Below, piece after piece: positions 26,444 to 35,990 of a DNA stretch of 46,174 nt. Numbering within the stretch: the stretch's first letter is position 1; the number at the start of each line of letters is the position of its first letter. The stretch covers positions 1-46,174 of the forward strand of contig FLMG01002556.1 in NCBI GenBank assembly GCA_900088475.1, given 5' to 3'. The notes under the pieces are model-generated. The model was given only the letters and a program-made list of their open reading frames with translations. It did not search any database and was not told where the DNA came from. The DNA comes from Hyphochytrium catenoides. Lineage: Eukaryota > Protista > Hyphochytriomycota. The translations under genes were made by a program, and so were the position numbers.

Positions 26444-26990
26444 GGTTGGCCGCAACGGCGCAAGGCGCTCTTTCCTACAATTCCTCAGAATAATTTTTCG
26501 CGGCTACATGTCAATGCTCCTTAGCAGCTATGGCTACATGGGATCGCGCTTGTCTGCACCGCGCGCAGGGTGCATCTGTGAATGTGCGTTTTCCACCTTG
26601 GAAGAGGGAGAGTTGGGGATGATGAAGTGCCAAGATATGGCCTTCTTGCGTCTGCTGCTTCTGATGCCATCAGTGTTCACCCCACGATGGCTACGATCTA
26701 TGATGGCAGTCATGTCATGCTTCTTGTCCGAACCCGCTCTCTGATGATGATGATGAGATGTTCTTGTGCCTTGACAAACACTCAAGGGGAGCACTTGTGG
26801 TGACGTTCCAAATATATTCAGCCTATCCCACCTCCTGTTAGGAATAGAAGGCAACCAGCTAATGAAAATTCGCGTCCAGAATGTTTTCTGGATGGGTTTG
26901 GTAATAAAAAGAGTGCAGTACTTGTTGAATGATCAAAGATCATCAGAACATCAAGAAAGGGCACACGGGCGAACCGAACAGGATGGTCCC

Positions 26991-27059
26991 CAGTGCCCCA
27001 GTGCCCGCGTTCAGTGCCCGCGTCTCAGTGCTCGCGTCTCCGGACCAGCGTCTCAGTGA
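26991..27059. repeat. Short degenerate tandem repeat (cagtgcccgcgt(c)t-like units) upstream of the BEACH gene
   Basis: cagtgccc cagtgcccgcgtt cagtgcccgcgtct cagtgctcgcgtct ... gcgtctcagtg. Confidence 0.7.
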
Positions 27060-27394
27060 CCACGATCTAATCAACCGCTAACTCCAGTCACAGAACTGTT
27101 GATTAATTAGGAGAAGAAGAAGCGGAAGTCGATGGACAGCCTATCCGGTGTTTGTTGGGGGTGAACGAAGCTGCCGCAGGCATGACAAAAGTCAGCGAAG
27201 AAGATATTAGTTTAATTTGTCAAGGGCGAATAGGCATTGATCTCAAGTCCATGACAAAATGCCAAAGTTGTCCGAAATATGAACTCAAGTCCATTTTCAA
27301 GGGAGGAAAGCTTTTTTAGGTGCTATACTATGGTCAGACCACGGTGAACATTGAGAGCTAAGGGTGGTCCTTTCTAAAAAATTTATGTGCGAAA

Positions 27395-27476
27395 GTGAAG
27401 CATGGGCCTCTAGTTATTGCAAGAAGGCTAGTTAGTGACAGTGAAGCATAGACCTCTAGTTATTGTAAGAAAGCTA
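27395..27476. repeat. Imperfect direct repeat with 46-bp period just downstream of the CTD phosphatase stop
   Basis: gtgaagcatgggcctctagttattgcaagaaggcta versus gtgaagcatagacctctagttattgtaagaaagcta. Confidence 0.8.
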
Positions 27477-27516
27477 CTTTATTATAGTGGACTGAATAGA
27501 TACAGAAGGGCGGCGT

Positions 27517-29649
27517 TTATAGGTACGGCCGGTAGTTCGTGTCCCATAGAGATAAATGGTCGCGAACATCCTGCATAGGGATGAGAAGAGGCTATGTTCA
27601 GTAAAGGCATTTGAGGTGACGAATACAGTGCACTGACCTCTACACTAGCAATTGTTTTCAAAAAGTCCTGGATGGTGTCCAGTTCTCTATCGGCGGGGTC
27701 ATCGATGAAGCTGTGGATAGGTATGATTAACATGGCTCAACATCGCTTCACTCGAAAGGTGCCTTACCTCGAGCACCCAATGGCATTTTGTGGCTGAAAG
27801 ATGTATGACATTGGAGAGTTGTCAATGAAGATAACTTGAGCAAGGTCTCTGCCAAGCTGCGACAGATCCTTTACATAACTCCCCTGCGTGAGGCAAACCA
27901 CTGTTATGGATTGGGGTCCACTTCTCAGTCAGGCCTCATATCGCTATTACCTCATGGAAGACGCAGTGCTCCCGGAATAGTCTATAGCGGATCACTCCTG
28001 TCTTGTCCATTTGATCAAGCAGAGGGTCGGCATACTGTAAGGAAATAGCAGGTGGGGATCAGCACGGTTGTACGAAACCCCGCCGCTACCGGAAACCGGG
28101 ATATAATACCTTTGATAGGCTCGCCGTGTAGACTACGATCTCATAGAGCTTGGCCATCTCAATGAGGAACTCATCCACCTTAGGACGCTTGCGCACATAG
28201 ACATTGTGGGTTGTTCCTTCGATCTCAACTGGGATTGTATAGTCGGGACTCACAATGGGCTTTGAGACGGTGTTAGTCAAAACTACCGCATGAGCTCCCT
28301 CAGGCGCTGGAGATGCTTACCTTAAAGGAGCTGTGCACCAACGTCTCGTCTAAGTCAAGTACCAAGCACTTCTTGCCCGCATCTGCTGAGACAATGGGAC
28401 CCAGAAGTCCAGGTTTTGTCGGTACCTTAGTCTGTTTTACCTGCACACCCCCTAAGCTCAAAGTACTCGGGACTTGCATTTGAGAGGACATCATCTTACC
28501 CCTGTGGCAATTTGCTTGGGCTCGTCGTCAGTCTTCAGCTTCTCATGACTCCTAACCGCTAGGTTTGTCACGTGGGTGCCCACAATGCAACTACAGAAAC
28601 GCTGAATGAAACCCGCTACGCCCTATGAAGCCAGGGCGAGTTGGTTAATATGCGGGATAGTACAGTGAAGTGTTGATCAGTCCTCTCAAGTTGCAATCAG
28701 AACTGCAGGAAATGAAAGGATTACCCGAGGACGCGGAGGCGGAATGGAAGATTCGGTCTGCGCTCTTTGGATATTCGTGAACTCTTGTTGAGGTCGGGCC
28801 TTGAAGTGCTTGGGGGTGCCATTCCGATCTGTTTGGTGGACAACCGAAGCGAGTTCTACAACGGGAGAGACGAATAGCGATTAGTAACCCCTTGCAAGGC
28901 ATCTGTAAATAGCGTTAACAAGAACCATGAGGCGCATCCTCATCCGCAGCGGAGTTCTCCTTCTCTGCGTTGTCTGGTCTATTGAAGGTCTCCTTTCTCG
29001 AAAAGATGACTGGATAGTACTTCTTCTTTCCCTCACTTTGTCTAGGATCAACTGCAGTAAATGTCTGTCAGCTCGGCTTGTGTTACTTAGGACAGGTGGG
29101 CTATTCACCTCCTTTGGCCTTGTTGTCGGTGGATTTAAGCATAGCTTGTACTTTGAGCTTGTTTGGCCTCTCTATGGAGGTATATGAGTCAGAGGGAGGT
29201 TGCCGCCAGGCTTGAAGCTTAAGCTGCGTGACGCACCTTTCAATCCTTTGGATGCCGGTCCATCACTTGTCTCCACCGTCAAGCTTGGCTTGGGGTTATA
29301 CCCCGCTTTTTGTGGGTTAGGAGCCATTTATCTTTCTTGGTCAAAGCTTCTCAACGATTGTCTATAGGTCTGGGTTGATTGGTGCAAGGGGCTCAGTGCA
29401 ATATAAGAAGTGAGAGCTTGAGGCAGCTGGAGCCCCGGCCTTTTAACGAAGACTCTGTCCTTTCCGGCGGGGAAGTGCCGCTCCGCTGGGATGATGGTGA
29501 TCTCTGTCACCCTCATCCTTGCTTTCAGTTCCGCCACCATCCGAGTTACCTTTCGCTTCTGACCCTTCAAAAGAGAGTAATATGATACTATCAAGGGATA
29601 ACCCCGAGGGCTGACCCCCATAAAGGAGTCCGTCCATCTCCATCATCAA
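27517..29649 (-). CDS. SCP/CTDSP/Psr1-type small CTD phosphatase (NIF/FCP1-like HAD domain), multi-exon
   Basis: Spliced sequence [18 protein letters not shown]|[26 protein letters not shown]...VYTASLSK|[10 protein letters not shown]...RLFREHC|[14 protein letters not shown]...IDNSPMSY...RPYL* (TAA 27517-27519), with an intact DxDxT motif. The start is uncertain (ATG near 29327 or near 29646). Confidence 0.93.
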
Positions 29650-30118
29650 TCCAGTCTCTTGTGCTGGTGCTTGAAGTGTGGGTGATGGGGCGGGAATGCT
29701 ATTTCTGTCATCGCCTCACAGATTCCACCCGCAGATCACAATGCAGTAACTAACGGATTAACTAGACCGCACTGTATAATGATGATCACACGGAGGCTGA
29801 AACGGCTTTTTTGGGTGATGTGAGTGAGAAGGGAAGATCCAAATCTTCAAAAATCATCAGGTCAAAGCATTGATGACTGATGTCTGATGACTCGCATCCA
29901 TCGGAGGCTGTCCGGCCGCGCGTCAGGCAGGGTACGAGGATCTTCTCGCTAGTGAGAAATATGCTGTTGTCCGCTGTCCCGCGAAAGGAAGGTACCTGTT
30001 GAGATAAGTTTGTTATCGCTATCATGAATGGTAGTGAATGAGACTCGTTACCGACCTGCTGGCAGCAAGGTTTCTACTTCATATGAATACCAAGAAGTGC
30101 TAAGAACTGCCAGGAGCT

Positions 30119-31309
30119 ATGGAGGATAGTCCCCGGCAGATCCACCTAAAAAAGCTGAGTAATAGAAGTCGAAAACTTTCTATTACAAGCTCTAATGCAC
30201 TGCTGCATATGGATGAACTAGAAAAGCAAATAGCAGGGAAGCGTGTAGCGGTATTCCTGGACTACGACGGCACTTTGACGCCCATTGTCAACGACCCGGA
30301 GAGGTAGCCGAATTGTAGTCAGAGGGATTAAACCATTAGCCTGACTCCCCTTCTCTATTAGAGCCTTTCTATCGCAGGAGATGAGAAGCTTGCTGCAAGA
30401 GCTGAGACTCCACTACACAGCCGGCGTCATTAGCGGCAGATCCTTGCAAAAGATCAAAACCCTCGTCGGGATCGATGGGTTATTCTATGCTGGAAGTCAT
30501 GGATTTGATATTGAAGGCCCAGAAGGTTGTCATCTCCGACATCAGGTAGCTTCTGAAGTCCTGCCCTTCTGCACAGCGCAGTGACATTCACTACTCCGTT
30601 TCCGCCAATTGCCACAGGTGGCTTCTGAATATCTTGCTCTCTTGGCAGACACTAAAGACAAGCTAATGCAGAAAACTGAGGTGTACTCTGGCTCCACTGT
30701 CGAAGATAACGTCTTTGCTGTATCAGTACACTATAGGAACGCCCCCCAGCATAAGGATAGTATAGAAGCCACCGTGGATGGGATTATTAAGGAAACTCCA
30801 GAGCTCAAGTGAGAACTCATCTTCGTGGTCCAATGTCGTCTCTCTCCTTTTGTTTCCTCTTATCCACAATTCACAACCGCCCATATCACTCGTAAGTGCT
30901 AGTCCTCACTGGATGTTGTATGACTTCAGGAAGAGCGAGGGCAAAATGGTCTTTGAGATAAGACCGCGGCTAGAATGGAATAAGGGCAAGGCAGTGGTAT
31001 GGCTATTGGAAGCTCTGGGTCTAGATAAAAGGGATGATGTCTATACAATCTACGTCGGCGACGACATTACCGATGAGGATGCTTTCAATGTCCTCCATCC
31101 AGAAGAGGGCAGGAAAGGTAACTCTCAACGCCTTCTATCTGGTACATAGAAAAGGAGTTAACTAAGCAGACCTGAAAGGTCTAGGGATCGTTGTGACAGA
31201 CACAACCACTGATTCTGCAGCTCATCTTACCCTTCAGGATCCTCAGGAAGTGGGCCGATTCCTTACAAGTCTCATCGCCTTCTCGAGGAGCATAGCTCCT
31301 CAAAACTAG
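30119..31309 (+). CDS. TPP: Stand-alone trehalose-6-phosphate phosphatase (HAD IIB, OtsB/plant TPP-like), 5 exons
   Basis: Motifs VFLDYDGTLTPIVNDPE, GVISGRS, YAGSHGFDIEGP, VEDNVFAVSVHYRN, GKMVFEIRPRLEWNKGKAV and YVGDDITDEDAF; ends ...DPQEVGRFL...PQN* (TAG 31307-31309). Confidence 0.95.
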
Positions 31310-31444
31310 TAGCGACTAGATTTCAACGTTGTTGGAAGAGGTGGTTCGGACTAGGTATCGTCAGCTAAGTGTTGGAAGTGGATGGGACATGCGTGTGGTT
31401 GGTTTATAAATGTATGGTTAATGGTACTTATTATCCACTGAGAG

Positions 31445-33690
31445 TTATGAAATGACCGCAGTCGTGGTGTCAACAGCTATCTCTTCCTCAGGACTACTTT
31501 CTTGTTTCTGCAAGGAGGCACCGCCAGATGACCCTCGCTTACTGTCTTTCTTCTTCTTTTTCTTCTTCTTTTTTTTTGGCTCCGGAGAGGAAGATGTGGC
31601 CGTATCTCCCGTTTGAGCAGTATCAATCTGTAAGTCGTGCTTGGAGACTTCCTCTCTTGCTTCTGGTATTGTGGCAGCTGTCGTTGTCTCCTCTGTTCGC
31701 GATGCCATTGTGGCAGGCCCTGCCTTCCTGGCCTCATCATCCCGCGGGGAGGTTAGATTTGAGCTGGAGGTCGCCGGAGGAGTTTGGGGTTCAATTCCCA
31801 CCCTTGCCTTGTTAGTAAGAAGACTCTTTCTCAAGCTTGAATCTCTCTTAGGCATCGGAGACTCAATGGTGGGGGCCGCTTTCTTCGTGTCAGGGGACTG
31901 CGGTGTACTTTCAGGGTTATTAGTTGGAGGTATACTTTCCTCCACTCCTACTTTAGCACTGTTTCTCGTAAGACCGGCCAACAGCGACTTCCCTGACCTT
32001 GGACTCTTCATATTATCGTCTCCTGGCCCCGGCGACCCAGTCTTGGCAGCTCTTGGGCTTATCCCTGGCCCCGGCGAGCTTGAATTTGAAACATGCTCGT
32101 GGGCTGAGGAACCCTTTCCTAGCTCTGCTGTTGTCGCTGAAATTGGTGCCTTGCTCTCCGCAAGACATATTTCTGTTTTGACTCCTCCTAAGCTGCTACG
32201 ACTGTCTTGACTATACGTCGTATTTAGCGTTGAGGTTCTCTTTAATGGACTTGAGCTGCGCGCTTCGCTTGCCTTACGCTTACCTCCCTCATGGCTTGTT
32301 GGCTCGGACTTAGCAGTTCCCCTGTCCGAGCCGACAGACGCCTTTCGTTCTATTCTTAGGGTTGAGGCACGTGTAGCCTTCTGAGTCCTCTCCTTCTGAG
32401 CGGCAATGCGCTTAGCTTCATTTTCACTCTCGAACGCCTGAGTTTTTTTCAGTTGCATCCTTTGAATCTCCATGTCACTCGCACATTTGGCACAGATGGG
32501 CTCCCATCTTGAGGCTCCACATCGGCGATCTGCTGGACGTGTCCTACAGCTTGTGCAGAGATCCGTGTTGGTAGGATCTGGTTGCTGCATTACATCTCCT
32601 GCCGGGTGAGTGGCGGAGATCGCTCTGTCTTCACTTTCAGCTGTTCCAGTCTGTTGTCTGCTCTCCTTCACAGCGTTGTTGCTGACCGCAGGGGAGGCAA
32701 TTTCTTCCTTTGCGCTGGGTGCTTCATCCTTGACCTTCATTCCTTGTACCTTTTCCTCCAGGCGTGTGGCACACTCTTCGCAAACCGCCTCCCATTTGGA
32801 GGCCGCGGAGCGCCGTACAGCCGGATGATTTTTGCATTGAGTACACTTAATCACGTCCGCAGCACACTGCTCATCTTTTCCCTTCTCATCATTGGCTTCC
32901 TCACTCTTCTTTGCATGGTCGCCCGTGCCACTCTCCGTTGTTGCCTTTGCAGCCGCCTCTAATTTTGCAGCACAGTCAGCGCAGACAGCCTCCCACTTGG
33001 AAGCTGCACAGCGCTTCACAGCGGGCGAAGCCTTGCACTTCGTACATTGCACCACGTCTTGTGCTGCGTTATTCTCCTCGGTCGTCTTGTTGGATTGTGG
33101 TACCTTGTCTCCGGAGTTAGCTTTGTCTTGGTCAGGGTTGACCCCTTCACCTTTCGCCTTCTTTTCCTCCTCTTGCTTCTCTTCGTCTTCACGCGCTTTC
33201 TTTTCTTTCTCTATCCTTGCAAGAATAGCTTCCCGTCTCTTCCTCTCCTCCTCCTTTTGCACCTGAATGTCCTGCTCAACCCTTTTGGTCAGAGTCCCAT
33301 AATCTTTGTGCATTTGTGCGACCAGCCAGTCCACTCCTTCCCGCACTCGCTTGTCCTGCTTCTTATCCTTAGTCTGCGATGGGAGTGCAATGCAGGTCCG
33401 GATCTGATAAGGAGAGCCGGTTAGCTTGTCTAACATGAGAGAGGAGGCAATTTCCACCTCTGACAGCCGGTTTGACAAGTCTTCCTTGTTTGCCAACACC
33501 AAGATAGGTTTTCCTGAGATCTTGGGAAGGTTTTTCATCGTCTCGAACTCCTTTGCACTCTCTAGAATCCTTTCCTTATCCGCAGAGTCTACCACGTAGA
33601 TGACTCCGTGTACGCTATCATAGTACTTCTGCCATACATCTCTGATGCGCCGGCCACCACCTAGATCATAGAACGTAACTTCATAGCTGT
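31445..33690 (-). CDS. ARL13B: ARL13-type ciliary Arf-like GTPase with coiled coil, three zinc-finger repeats and a disordered tail (5' partial)
   Basis: YEVTFYDLGGGRRIRDVWQKYYDSVHGVIYVVDSADKERI...GKPILVLANKEDL. DxGGG (Gly in place of the catalytic Gln) followed by a coiled coil is characteristic of ARL13. The P-loop exon is not visible because the frame runs into the gap at 33691. Confidence 0.88.
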
Positions 33691-33715
33691 NNNNNNNNNN
33701 NNNNNNNNNNNNNNN
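33691..33715. other. Assembly gap that truncates ARL13; probably longer than the 25 N shown
   Basis: Run of N characters; no GxxxxGKT exon was found on the minus strand beyond it. Confidence 0.9.
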
Positions 33716-34715
33716 AGACTGTGAGCTTCTTGGGGGCCATCCCCAGCAGAGACATAAAGAATGCCTGCAGCTTCATGGTTCATATGCCAGCTTTTATTTC
33801 ACCGCCAACTGCCCTCCTCTTATTCTTCTAAAGCTTCTCTTCCACATAGGACTGCATCTTTTATGCCGGATGAAGAGGTCAGTAGCGGAGATAGAGGAAG
33901 AGAGAAGAAGGCCACGAGAACTATGATGCAGAAGAAGTGATGAAGACGCTTTAACGTTAAGCCCCACGGCAGTCCGTCCTCAGTCACCGTATCCTTTGTT
34001 GACTAGAGGCGATCCACACCCAGTCCTATGACTCAGATAGACGAGACTTTCCAGGCTGTATCAGGCGCTGTAGGAATTCGAGAAAGAGAGTAGAGAAGAA
34101 AGAGAGAGTAGCAGTCTCAGGAGCTTTGGCACTAACTGATCCCTGCGCCCGTGCGTCCGTGAGACGAAGGACCATATAATGGGGGATGGTACAAACTGAG
34201 AAACTACTATTTTTTAAGGTAATCTACTGAGATAATGAAGAGAGAGAGCTGGGGCGGTAACGTGCTAAACCCATGAAAGAGAGCGATAAATAGCTAGAGA
34301 TTGTGGAAGAGAACGCCAGAGAGGTGTAGTCAGAGAGACTACTGCCGAGCTCTACGCGTTAGAAATGTTCAGGCAAGAAGAGAAGCAGAGTAGAGATTAG
34401 GACTCGAAGTGAAGGACCATGGCAGACTTCTAACAGCGAACAATCAGCATAGACCGAAATAGCTCTACGGTGCTGGCCATGAGAGGATGGGAAGATAGTG
34501 AATAAAGAGTGTGACCTATAAAGAAAAGGTGGTTTGGTTTGGATGAGAGTTCGGGGAGAGAGCGATGGAAGAACAAGGGACTGCTCAAAGCATCGGAGAA
34601 GCGAAACGAAAGCGAGTGAGGAGACTTTGACTACTGTTGAGTGCGATAGTGAGGTAGTCGGGCACCAGACAGAAAGGCAAGCAGGGGAAGAAGAGAGAGA
34701 ACAAACCGACCGAGC

Positions 34716-34770
<55 letters not shown>

Positions 34771-35412
34771 GAGACAGAGAGAGAGAGCGAGAGAGAGAGA
34801 GAGAGCGAAAGAGAGAGAGAGAGAAAGGGAGAGCCAAAGAACACCCCACCAGATCTTGAAACGGACCAGCAAAAGATCAGCTTATTTGGGTGTTACACGG
34901 CGGAATATTCTCGGATCACCTCCGCATCCTCCCATTCTGCTAGAGCCATAGGCGGATAAGGTTCAGATCCTTTACAAACTAATCAGCTAGGCGTCTGCAT
35001 CCCTGCCGTCCTTTCTCTCTGCTCTACCTTCTTCCCCTCTTCGCTCTTTCTCTCTTCATCCCTCCTCTCGTTCTCTCTCCCTCGCTCTTATTACTCTTGC
35101 ATGCTCGCTCGCTCCCTCTCCGTCTTTGATCTGCCAGAGAACAAGGAATGTATGAGCTTTCCTTTCATCAACACTCTCTTCCTATCCCTTTACTATCTCG
35201 CTTGGTGCTCTGACTGTCCCGTGCTCTTCTTCCGCCACCTGCTTTACTCAATATCTCTATCTCATTAGATCAGCCTTCTCTCCGCAGGGTCTTCTCTCCA
35301 CCTTGTCGCTCATCGTCTCCTTCGGTACACGGCTCTTCCGTCTCTCTCAACATAGGTGTTCCCCTATGACTACATCGCTCTGACCCCGATGAGGAAGCTT
35401 AAAAGATCCTAG
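33716..35412 (+). CDS. Possible 3' part of an uncharacterised multi-exon gene
   Basis: Alternating short exon-like blocks and AG/GT-flanked introns. The last three blocks splice in phase to ENKEYQPSLRRVFSPPCRSSSPSVFPYDYIALTPMRKLKRS*. No recognisable domain. Confidence 0.3.
34716..34824. repeat. (GA)n microsatellite, imperfect
   Basis: About 110 bp of gagaga with occasional substitutions. Confidence 0.97.
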
Positions 35413-35539
35413 GGTGTCTTAGAGCATGCCTAGTTGTCAGTGGGCGACAAAAGACGTGATCTAAGCCATGCATCCCAGTGGAGCTACGCTTATTTAAGGT
35501 GTCAAAGGATAAAGGTGGGGAGCAGGGTCAGGCCGAGAT

Positions 35540-35952
35540 ATGTCAGAGCCTCCTTCAAAGCAAGCGGGAAGTTCCTGCTCACTGGCGGGGAACGGCTTCC
35601 AAGCTGTAAAGGCTGTCAAAAAGTCTGTGTCAGGGTCCCAAGTCGAAGGAACCATAGTTGGTGGTAACAATGAGAGCGAGCCATGTCCTGGGCTCTCTAT
35701 GTCCTCTTTCTCTTCTGAGAACATTAAGGTCCTAGTGAGGGTGAGGCCGCTAATAGAAAGAGAAAAGCTCGCGGGGTACAGCTCCTCTGTGGTCCAGACC
35801 GTAGGGACCAGCTGTATAGAGATCCATACCAAGGAATTCAACCTCAGCTGCAAGTACGACGCAGTTCTTAGCGGTTCAGGTGAGAGCGAAGGCGGGAAAG
35901 AAGGACGAGGAGAAAAAGGCCAAGAGGAAAGGACAAAAGAGAGGAGGAATGC

Positions 35953-35990
<38 letters not shown>

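Noticed and set aside
27395-27476. Direct repeats that might suggest a CRISPR array
   Set aside because: Only two imperfect copies, no spacers or cas genes, and a eukaryotic context.
32480-33050. GATA or ArfGAP assignment for the ARL13 zinc fingers
   Set aside because: The CX2C-X17-CX2C spacing matches GATA, but the TPxWR/LCNAC residues and basic tail are absent. ArfGAP needs X16 spacing and a conserved Arg after the last Cys, which are missing.
31477-33424. Numerous overlapping and antisense ORFs over ARL13 (and similar ones over the kinesin and BEACH exons)
   Set aside because: Shadow ORFs of real exons with no recognisable motifs.
34359-34959. ORFs with SLSLSL / ERERER tracts on both strands
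   Set aside because: Artefacts of the (GA)n microsatellite, which has no stop codons.
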